From Candidatus Buchananbacteria bacterium (GTDB lineage Bacteria; Patescibacteriota; Patescibacteriia; CAIXNZ01), in assembly GCA_014729025.1 (NCBI GenBank), contig WJKP01000017.1, forward strand, positions 1-51,344: a DNA stretch of 51,344 nt. Reading direction: 5' to 3'. The notes beneath the pieces are model-generated. The model was given only the letters and a program-made list of their open reading frames with translations. It was not told the DNA's origin and did not search any database. A program made the position numbers and the translations under genes. Positions 15,798-23,525 of the stretch are shown here, in pieces. The number at the start of each line of letters is the position of its first letter. Position 1 is the first letter of the stretch.

Positions 15798-16611
15798 ATT
15801 TATAATATTTTCTGGCAATAATAATTATTAAACAGGTAATAATTATTATTAAACTAATAAACTGAGCCCAGCGCAAACCTAGAAAATAAGGACTATAATC
15901 AAGTCTCAAAAATTCATTTAAGAATCTGCCCAATGAATATAAAATAAAATAAGTTAAAGCAATATTACCCAAACCCTGAATTTTATCAGGGTTTTTATAT
16001 TTATTTAAACGAAGTTTATGCCAGGCAAATAAAATTATAAAAACTATTAAATTCCACAGACTTTCATATAAAAAAGTCGGATGAAAATGTGTCGCAGTTA
16101 AATATTGAATCGGTCTTTTAAGCTCAGTAATGGGAATGCCCCAGGGTAAATCAGTTGGCAAACCAAATAGTTCCATATTAAAATAATTGCCAAAGCGGCC
16201 AAAAAACATGGCCAAGGGCAAACCAATCAAAAATAAATCAGCTAAAAACCCGAATCTCAGATCATGTTTTTTACCATAAATATACAAAACCAATAATCCG
16301 GCTATCATGGCGCCATGAATTGCCAAGCCGCCCTGCCAGATTTTAAAAATATCCAGTAAATTATGGGAATAATAATCCCAGGCATAAATAACATAATATA
16401 AGCGATCACCTATTAAACCAAAAATTATCAAATAAAAAGCCAGGTTATAAACATGATCCTTAGCAAGCTTATATTGTTTAGCCAAATATAAAATCACTAA
16501 AAAAGCCAAAACAATACCAACAGCAATTAAAAAACCATACCAGTAAATTTTAAGCCAGCCGATTTCTAATAAAATCGACTGTGGCTGAAAAGTATGTAAA
16601 AACTTAAACAT
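15775..16611 (-). CDS. lgt: prolipoprotein diacylglyceryl transferase
   Basis: Lgt blocks YGFLIAVGI, GGLAIHGAMIAG, GRFGNYFNMELFGLPTDLPWG; ATG at 16611 preferred over TTG at 16638. Confidence 0.85.
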   Translation of the reverse strand: MFKFLHTFQPQSILLEIGWLKIYWYGFLIAVGIVLAFLVILYLAKQYKLAKDHVYNLAFYLIIFGLIGDRLYYVIYAWDYYSHNLLDIFKIWQGGLAIHGAMIAGLLVLYIYGKKHDLRFGFLADLFLIGLPLAMFFGRFGNYFNMELFGLPTDLPWGIPITELKRPIQYLTATHFHPTFLYESLWNLIVFIILFAWHKLRLNKYKNPDKIQGLGNIALTYFILYSLGRFLNEFLRLDYSPYFLGLRWAQFISLIIIITCLIIIIARKYYKSKTAPVD

Positions 16612-16639
16612 GTTTATATTATACAAAAAATTAACCAAA

Positions 16640-16676
16640 GAAAAAAGGGTTCACTCGGTGAACCCTTATTTTTTTG
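16640..16676. terminator. bidirectional terminator
   Basis: AAGGGTTCAC-tcg-GTGAACCCTT flanked by an A-run and a T-run. Confidence 0.7.
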
Positions 16677-16685
16677 GATTGAGAT

Positions 16686-16946
16686 TTACCAGGTAAAATA
16701 AACCCTGGGATCTCTTGTGATTTTTTTGATTGTTTGCTCTCTGATCGAGAGCTTTTGTTTTTTAGCAGCGCGCTCAAATACGTATTCAAGCACACCGCTG
16801 GCTACCGTCAGGCTGATGAAAAACACCAGTAACCAAAACGGTATAATTTTACAAGGTGCAAAAATGTTTGCCATCCCCAAAAGAGATAGCATCAGGAAAA
16901 AACCACCCACGCAACCACAAATTTCCGCATAATCCGCTTTCCGCAT
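16686..16946 (-). CDS. 86-aa small membrane protein
   Basis: SD TAAGGAGGAA; two TM helices. Confidence 0.55.
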   Translation of the reverse strand: MRKADYAEICGCVGGFFLMLSLLGMANIFAPCKIIPFWLLVFFISLTVASGVLEYVFERAAKKQKLSIREQTIKKITRDPRVYFTW

Positions 16947-17007
16947 CAGATTCCTCCTTAGTTTTTTCAGCTCTAAAAAGAGCCCAATTTAACTTCCTGA
17001 TACATAC

Positions 17008-17036
17008 ATTATAGCATATTTTAATAAAAAAGTCAA
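17008..17036 (-). promoter_or_regulatory. promoter TTGACT-N17-TATAAT
   Basis: Minus-strand TTGACT (17031-17036) and TATAAT (17008-17013). Confidence 0.6.
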
Positions 17037-17097
17037 TAAAATTTAATTAAAAAAACCTGCCTTTACTAAGCAGGTCAATTTTAAAAATTATATTTTT

Positions 17098-17316
17098 TTA
17101 GTCAATTATCAAGACTTTAGGCCCCTTAATTCCTACTTCACCCGATTCAGGATTGGTTCTTATTTCAAAAAAAATCGTTAAACCGCAATCAACGCAGCGC
17201 AGATGAGCGCGTCCGCTATCCAAATCATCACTTGTTAATTTATATTCTAATTCTTTTTGACAGTCATCTGCCGGACAAGTAAATTTTTCAGAGCTTTGAG
17301 CTACCACAAATTTCAT
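17098..17316 (-). CDS. 72-aa zinc-ribbon protein
   Basis: SD AAAGGAGGC; CPADDC...CVDCG. Confidence 0.55.
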   Translation of the reverse strand: MKFVVAQSSEKFTCPADDCQKELEYKLTSDDLDSGRAHLRCVDCGLTIFFEIRTNPESGEVGIKGPKVLIID

Positions 17317-17352
17317 CAGTGCCTCCTTTTTTAAAAGATATATTTTAATCTA

Positions 17353-19728
17353 TCATTTACTTTTACCTAAGTCAAGCCTGGTTTTAATCACTGTATCAGG
17401 ATTTAAAGAAATACTGTCAATCCCCTGTTTGCTTAAAAATTTGGCGAAATCAGGAAAATCACTCGGTGCCTGACCGCAAATGCCGATTTTTATTTTATGT
17501 TTCTTGGCTGTCTTAATTACCTGACTGATTAATTTTTTAACCGCTTCATTTCTCTCATCAGCTATATCTGAAATTAATTCTGAATCACGATCCAAACCTA
17601 AAGTCAATTGCGTTAAATCATTAGAACCTATAGAAAATCCATCAAAAATTTGAGCAAACTCATCAGCCAAGAGCACATTGGACGGAATTTCAATCATTAC
17701 ATAAATCTGCAAATCATCTTGGCCCGATTTCAAACCGTTATTTTTTAAAATTTTAAGCACCTTTTTTCCTTCTTCAATTGTCCGGCAAAACGGTACCATG
17801 ATTTTCAAATTTTTCAAACCCATTTCTTGCCTGACTTTTTTTACTGCCTGACATTCCAATTCAAAAGCCGGTTGAAATTTATCGTCATAATACCGGGAAG
17901 CACCGCGCCAGCCCAGCATAGGATTGGCTTCTTCTGGTTCAAATGATTCACCGCCGATTAAATTAGCATATTCATTGGTTTTAAAATCAGAAAACCTGAC
18001 TATTACTTCTTGCGGATAAAAAGCCGCAGCAATTTTAGCCATACCCCAAGCCAATTTATCAATGTAATATTGTTTTTTATTATCAAAAGCCTGTGTTAAT
18101 TTATTTATTTTATCTTTTAATTTTTTATCCTCCAAATCCTTAAAATTAAGCAGGGCTAAGGGATGAATTTTAATATTATTGGCAATAATAAATTCTATTC
18201 TGGCCAAACCAACACCTTGGCTGGGTAAAAAAGAATATTTAAAAGCCAAATTGGGCTCAGCCAAAATCATCATTATTTTAGTTTTTGTTTGCGGAATTTT
18301 TTTTAAATTTGTTTTTTTAACTTGAAAATCCAAAATCCCTTGATAAACATAACCTTTTTCACCTTCAGCACAAGAAACAGTCACTTTATTTTTATCTTTT
18401 AAAACTTGGGTGGCGTCTTTAGTCCCAACAATAGCTGGGACACCTAATTCACGGGAAACAATAGCGGCATGTGAAGTCCGACCGCCCAAATCAGTCACAA
18501 TAGCTGCGGCTTTTTTCATTACTGGTTCCCAGTCAGGATCAGTCATTGTAGTTACCAAAACATCACCTTTTTTAAATTTAGTAATATTTTTAACATCTTT
18601 AATTACTTTGACTTGTCCCTGGCCGATTTTTTCACCAATGCTATTACCCTGACATAAAACCTTACCTTTTTCCTGTAAAATATGCTCCTCTAAAATATTA
18701 GTGTCTTTTTTATGAGATATGGTTTCAGGCCGGGCTTGAACAATATAAAGTTTATTATCTAGTCCGTCTTTAGCCCACTCAATATCCATTGGTTTATCGT
18801 ATAATTTTTCTATTTTAACTGACCATTTGGCGAGCTGTAAAATTTCCTTATCAGTTAAAGAAAAATTGGCTTGTTTTTGGGGGTCTACTGAAACATTGGC
18901 AGTTGTTTTTTTACCGTTGGTTTTATAAATTAATTTTTTTTCTTTACTGCCAAGTTCTTTACTAATAATAGCTTGAAAATCTTTAGCTAATGTTGGTTTG
19001 AAAATATAAAATTGATCCGGATTAATCCGGCCTTTAACTACATTCTCACCTAAACCATAAGCCGAATTAATCAAAACAACATCTTTAAAGCCTGTTTCAG
19101 TATCAATTGTAAAAATCACACCGGCTGAGGCTTTATCACTCCTTACCATTTTTTGAACACCAACAGACAGGAAAATATTATCATATTTAAAATCCTGATC
19201 ATGCACATAAGAAATTGTCCGATTACCATACAAAGAAGCAAAACATTTTTTTATATTGGCCAAAAGCTGATTTTGCCCCTTAACATTTAAAAAAGATTCC
19301 AATTGACCGGCAAAAGAAGCGACCGGCAAATCCTCGGCTGTGGCAGAAGACCGAATTGCCACATCCAAATTATCTTTATCATATTCCTGACTTAAATTCT
19401 GATATGCTTTAATAATCGCCTTTTCTAAATCCTCAGGAAAATCAGATTTTAAAATTAATTGACGTATTTGCTGTCCTTTGTCTTTCAAATCTTTTAATTC
19501 ATTATAATCAATACTATTTAAAATTTTTTTTATTTCCTTATCAATTTCATTAAATTGCAAAAAAGCTTTAAAGCCTTCGGCAGTGACTGCAAAACCATGA
19601 GGGATATTAATACCTTTTTTAACTAATTTATTATACATTTCACCTAAAGAAGCGTTTTTACCCCCAACCATTGGCACGTCTTTCATGCTCAATTCAGAAA
19701 ATTTTAAAATATATTTTTGTTCGGACAT
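17353..19728 (-). CDS. ppsA: phosphoenolpyruvate synthase (pyruvate, water dikinase)
   Basis: 791-aa ORF; ATP-grasp N-domain, phosphohistidine swivel motif GGRTSHAAIVSRELGVPAIVG, C-terminal PEP-utilising domain. Confidence 0.9.
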   Translation of the reverse strand: MSEQKYILKFSELSMKDVPMVGGKNASLGEMYNKLVKKGINIPHGFAVTAEGFKAFLQFNEIDKEIKKILNSIDYNELKDLKDKGQQIRQLILKSDFPEDLEKAIIKAYQNLSQEYDKDNLDVAIRSSATAEDLPVASFAGQLESFLNVKGQNQLLANIKKCFASLYGNRTISYVHDQDFKYDNIFLSVGVQKMVRSDKASAGVIFTIDTETGFKDVVLINSAYGLGENVVKGRINPDQFYIFKPTLAKDFQAIISKELGSKEKKLIYKTNGKKTTANVSVDPQKQANFSLTDKEILQLAKWSVKIEKLYDKPMDIEWAKDGLDNKLYIVQARPETISHKKDTNILEEHILQEKGKVLCQGNSIGEKIGQGQVKVIKDVKNITKFKKGDVLVTTMTDPDWEPVMKKAAAIVTDLGGRTSHAAIVSRELGVPAIVGTKDATQVLKDKNKVTVSCAEGEKGYVYQGILDFQVKKTNLKKIPQTKTKIMMILAEPNLAFKYSFLPSQGVGLARIEFIIANNIKIHPLALLNFKDLEDKKLKDKINKLTQAFDNKKQYYIDKLAWGMAKIAAAFYPQEVIVRFSDFKTNEYANLIGGESFEPEEANPMLGWRGASRYYDDKFQPAFELECQAVKKVRQEMGLKNLKIMVPFCRTIEEGKKVLKILKNNGLKSGQDDLQIYVMIEIPSNVLLADEFAQIFDGFSIGSNDLTQLTLGLDRDSELISDIADERNEAVKKLISQVIKTAKKHKIKIGICGQAPSDFPDFAKFLSKQGIDSISLNPDTVIKTRLDLGKSK

Positions 19729-19769
19729 ATTTTTATATTTAAAAATCTTAATTCTCTAATTTCTGGGCT

Positions 19770-19984
19770 ACAAAACTAAAGTTTTATAATCCAAATTTCT
19801 CTGACCACCCCAGGACTATAAAGCTTTAGCTTTATTTAATCCCCCAGGACTGTAAAACTTTAGTTTTATAATCCGAGGTTGCTGGGAAAAACTGAAGTCT
19901 TATAATCCTAATTACACCACACATCCCAGGATTGTAAAGCTTTAGCTTTACCCAATATCCATAAAATGTAAAACTTTAGTTTTA
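19770..19984. repeat. array of 6 REP-like hairpins downstream of RAYT
   Basis: Units TAAAAC-TTTA-GTTTTA or TAAAGC-TTTA-GCTTTA, usually preceded by CCAGGAYTG and followed by TAATCC; the last hairpin abuts the RAYT stop. Confidence 0.85.
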
Positions 19985-19985
19985 C

Positions 19986-20486
19986 CTAAAAAAAATCCAT
20001 TAATTTTTCGGTACCATATTCTTTATAATAATCCTTAAAACTACTAAATTCATAATCTTTTAATTCTTCATGATTTTTAACTAAACCATGCTTTATTGGA
20101 TTACTATGTATATAATTAAAATGCTTATAAAAATCATCTTCGTCTCTAATACAATAATCCCAATAATTCCACCAAATTTGTCTGCCAGGCATATTTTCAA
20201 ATTTATTCAAATCATAAGAAGCACCGCCATTAATAGATCTTATGATTGCTGGCAACTTATTGCCATTTTTTAATAAAAAAAGCAGATGATAATGATTCAT
20301 CAAAACACTCCAAGCAAATAATTTTAAATTGAATTTTTCAACAGTTAAAATTATTTTATTTGAAAGTATTCTTATTTTTTCTTCATTATTAAAAAATCTC
20401 TTAGCTTTTATTGTTCTGGCAGTAATAAAATAAATCTGATCATCTAAATAAACATGACATGGGATATGTTTAGGAAATCTTTTCAT
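19986..20486 (-). CDS. REP-associated tyrosine transposase-like protein (IS200/Y1 HUH superfamily)
   Basis: HUH motif MNHYHLLF; catalytic-Tyr block FNYIHSNPIKHGLV. Confidence 0.8.
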   Translation of the reverse strand: MKRFPKHIPCHVYLDDQIYFITARTIKAKRFFNNEEKIRILSNKIILTVEKFNLKLFAWSVLMNHYHLLFLLKNGNKLPAIIRSINGGASYDLNKFENMPGRQIWWNYWDYCIRDEDDFYKHFNYIHSNPIKHGLVKNHEELKDYEFSSFKDYYKEYGTEKLMDFF

Positions 20487-20492
20487 AAATTT

Positions 20493-20632
20493 TGTAAAGC
20501 TTCAGCTTAACATAAGTCATTACTCAACTCAGACAAAACTAAAGTTTTATAATCCAAATTTCTCTGACCACCCCAGGAATATAAAAGCTTTAGCTTTATT
20601 TAATCCCCAGGACTGTAAAACTTTAGTTTTAT
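20493..20632. repeat. array of 4 REP-like hairpins upstream of RAYT
   Basis: Same hairpin units as 19770-19984. Confidence 0.8.
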
Positions 20633-20703
20633 TTAAATTACTTTAATTATAACAAAAGAGACCTGGTTTCCCAAGTCTCTTTTATTTTATAGTAAAAACA
20701 CTT

Positions 20704-21384
20704 TTACTCTTTGATATTTTCTTTGAATTTTTCAATAGTTTCCCGAGCTGCATCGCGACCGCCTAAACCAAAAGCCAAGCCAGCTGCCAAGGCAATTGTT
20801 ACTACTATGGCTGTAAATAAGGTCTGAATTAAAGTAACTGCTACGCCTAATTGTAATAAAGCGGCCAATAAAGCAAAAATAAAAATTGACCATTTGGCAA
20901 TAGTACCCATTAAAGGTGCTAATTTTGCCCTAGTGCTTTTTAAAACACTAACAATCAATTTATCAACAAAATCACCCAAAACAAGGCCGACTACCAAAAT
21001 CAAAACAGCAATAATCACGTTTGGCAAATATAACGCAATTTCCTTTAAAAAGACTGTAAACTGGCCTAATTTTAAAATTTCAGAAATAGCGATCAAAAGG
21101 ACAATATACAAAAACCATTTAATCAACCAGGCTAAAATTTCTGATAAAACAACTTTTGTACCGGTATCTTCAATTTTCTGAATAATATTAATCTTGCGAA
21201 TTAAAGGATCAAGACGTAAAGCTTCAATAACTGTTTTGACTAATTTGGCTATTGCCTTGGCAATAAAAATACCAATGATTAAAATAATTACTGCGGCAAC
21301 CAAATTGGGCAAATAATCGACTAATTTTACCCATAAAATAGCCAAAGAGTCTAAAATTGTTTGGCCAACAGATCTTAAAAACAT
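20704..21384 (-). CDS. conserved-TM-helix repeat membrane protein (MscS N-terminal-like)
   Basis: 226 aa; two repeats of YLPN(L/V)..A..ILI(I/V)G... Confidence 0.55.
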   Translation of the reverse strand: MFLRSVGQTILDSLAILWVKLVDYLPNLVAAVIILIIGIFIAKAIAKLVKTVIEALRLDPLIRKINIIQKIEDTGTKVVLSEILAWLIKWFLYIVLLIAISEILKLGQFTVFLKEIALYLPNVIIAVLILVVGLVLGDFVDKLIVSVLKSTRAKLAPLMGTIAKWSIFIFALLAALLQLGVAVTLIQTLFTAIVVTIALAAGLAFGLGGRDAARETIEKFKENIKE

Positions 21385-21447
21385 AAGCTTTAAAAATTAA
21401 TTATTAAACAAATTAATATACTTTTTTAAACTCTGCCACTATTAATC

Positions 21448-22629
21448 TTATATATTCCCAGGCAAAAAATTTTCTGGCAAATCAGTAACTGAATAAATTG
21501 GCTCGCCAATAGTATAATCAGGCCAAAAAGCAACGTTTAAATCATTAACATAATCTGACCAATTTTCACCATATAATTCTTCAGCTATTTTTTCGGATGT
21601 CACCCATCGCAAAACCGCGCCTGGTGTAACAAAATAAACTTTGGGAATAGATTGAATTTTAAGCATTCTAACTCCTGGATTATATGTCATATTTGCACCT
21701 AATGATATAGTGCTTAATTGCTGATCAGTAATTTTTTGAACCATGGAAAAATCACCGTTATAATAACTGTCATAAGTGCCAATGTCAGGAAAAGCATGCC
21801 GTTTACCATCATCGCTATAATAATAAACAGCCGATAATGAACCTTTAATCAAATCGCCTTCTTCCAAATCCAAACCGTCTCCAGCACCACCTGGTTCTTC
21901 TTCCGGTTCATCGGCTACTTGATCACAACCGGAATATTTTAATTCTATTGAATCGCTTAATTTATTAGAAAAAGTGTTGGTAGAACTTCGATAAAGCACA
22001 TAAACTGTTTTTAAACCATCCCCTGATTCCAGTCGCCAATTAATTTCACTAGGATTAGTAAACTCTTGCCATTGAGCATTAACAAAATGTTCATTATTAC
22101 TAATTAAAACATCTTCAGCATCTTCAGCCTGTAAATTCAAAATTACATTTTCGGTCTCAGTACAGTCAGCATCATTATTGATTGAAAATGAATAATTTTT
22201 AGGAATAATATATGTCCCCCCTCCTCCACCTGGACAAACAGGTCTGGTAGATGTAACTTCTAAACGTACCGTAGCATTAACAGTGGATTGTAATCCTATT
22301 TGATCTTGAATACACCCTGGCGTAACAGTTACGCCAGCCGGTACGGGATTAGGCAAATTAAAATAAAAGCCAGCGGCCGCATTAAAACTTATATCAGAAC
22401 CTGAATCTAGTAAAATATCAATATAATTTGACTGAACATCCAAAGAAGTAACAACACCGCCAGGCTGAGCATAAATGGTTGCCAAGGTTACCGGCGCATC
22501 AATGGTATCCAGTTGAAAATCAACAGTTCCATTAAAAGTAACATCGTTTACAGCTAAAACTAAAAATGGCATTAATAAAATCAATACCGCTAGAAAATAT
22601 ATTTTAAATTTTCGTTTTGATTTTAACAT
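21448..22629 (-). CDS. secreted protein, unknown function
   Basis: 393 aa; signal-like N-terminus (IYFLAVLILLMPFLVLA); acidic linker EPEEEPGGAGDG; C-terminal module SAVYYYSDDGKRHAFPD... Confidence 0.6.
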   Translation of the reverse strand: MLKSKRKFKIYFLAVLILLMPFLVLAVNDVTFNGTVDFQLDTIDAPVTLATIYAQPGGVVTSLDVQSNYIDILLDSGSDISFNAAAGFYFNLPNPVPAGVTVTPGCIQDQIGLQSTVNATVRLEVTSTRPVCPGGGGGTYIIPKNYSFSINNDADCTETENVILNLQAEDAEDVLISNNEHFVNAQWQEFTNPSEINWRLESGDGLKTVYVLYRSSTNTFSNKLSDSIELKYSGCDQVADEPEEEPGGAGDGLDLEEGDLIKGSLSAVYYYSDDGKRHAFPDIGTYDSYYNGDFSMVQKITDQQLSTISLGANMTYNPGVRMLKIQSIPKVYFVTPGAVLRWVTSEKIAEELYGENWSDYVNDLNVAFWPDYTIGEPIYSVTDLPENFLPGNI

Positions 22630-22751
22630 TTAGATATAAATAAACAATAAAAAGTGATTAAATGATTATTTGGATAGCCGCTCCAATCTACGGCCAAATC
22701 CTTCGGCAATATTGGCAAAAATAAAATCAACTGCTCTAATGCTTTAATAAT

Positions 22752-23441
22752 TTATTCTCTTCCTACTATCACCAATATCGCTGCTCCTTCCGGAGCTGCT
22801 TCCCCTTCTGGTAATTCAGAAACTTGACCACCCAAAGCCTCAGCAATTTCTTGGATATTTTGATTTTCACCGGTTAAATCAATAACCAAAGTATTATTAT
22901 AAGTATTGGCAGCCGCTTCTCTGACATTTATTTCGACATTATTAAATGTACTTGTTAATTTTTCCTCAAATTCATTTAATCTTTGATCATTGCCTGAACC
23001 GTTATACAGGGCCACATTAACCTGCTGTAACGCCGATTGATTAAAATTTACCGGCCCGACTTTAATAATTTTATTGGCCTGAGCATCATAAACAATCGCC
23101 ATCGTCGGATAAATAATCAAACGATGCCCGTTTTCCGCATTAGCAAAAAAATTAGGCTGATTTTCCCTTAAAGCTTGAACATCGGTTATAACCGCCATAG
23201 TCGGCTTGGTATCTTCAGGCAAAAGTAGGCTTTGTTTTAATTCTTTTAAAATTTCCTGATCTTCAGCTGAAAGCTGCTGCTGTTGTTGGATTTGTCTGGC
23301 AATTTTTAAAGTTTCCAAAACACCTGTTTGCCAAAGAATCAAATAACCGGCCACCACAATCACCAAAATAACAATTATAATTTTAATAATTTTCCCCCAA
23401 GATTGTTTGTGTTTTTTGTCTTTACGTTTGAAAATTTTCAT
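22752..23441 (-). CDS. membrane-anchored LytR_C domain protein
   Basis: N-terminal TM; C-terminal VALYNGSGNDQRLNEFEEKL...NTLVIDLTG pattern typical of the LytR C-terminal domain; ATG at 23441 preferred. Confidence 0.6.
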   Translation of the reverse strand: MKIFKRKDKKHKQSWGKIIKIIIVILVIVVAGYLILWQTGVLETLKIARQIQQQQQLSAEDQEILKELKQSLLLPEDTKPTMAVITDVQALRENQPNFFANAENGHRLIIYPTMAIVYDAQANKIIKVGPVNFNQSALQQVNVALYNGSGNDQRLNEFEEKLTSTFNNVEINVREAAANTYNNTLVIDLTGENQNIQEIAEALGGQVSELPEGEAAPEGAAILVIVGRE

Positions 23442-23525
23442 AATTGAATTTATATTTAAAAATTTAATTATAACTAACATTATTATTATACCAAAATAAT
23501 TACAATCATTTCAAATCCAATTGTC

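Larger units (their letters stand above)
19770..20632 (-). mobile_element. REP/RAYT unit: HUH-Y1 transposase gene flanked by 100-nt direct repeats made of REP hairpins
   Basis: 19770-19869 and 20533-20632 are about 97% identical (1 substitution, 2 indels) and bracket the 166-aa RAYT-like ORF. Confidence 0.75.

Noticed and set aside
19770-19984. The regularly spaced short repeats as a CRISPR array
   Set aside because: The units are 16-18-nt palindromic hairpins with short (about 10-20 nt), partly repeated spacers. They flank an HUH transposase on both sides and no cas genes are present. This is REP/BIME-like, not CRISPR.
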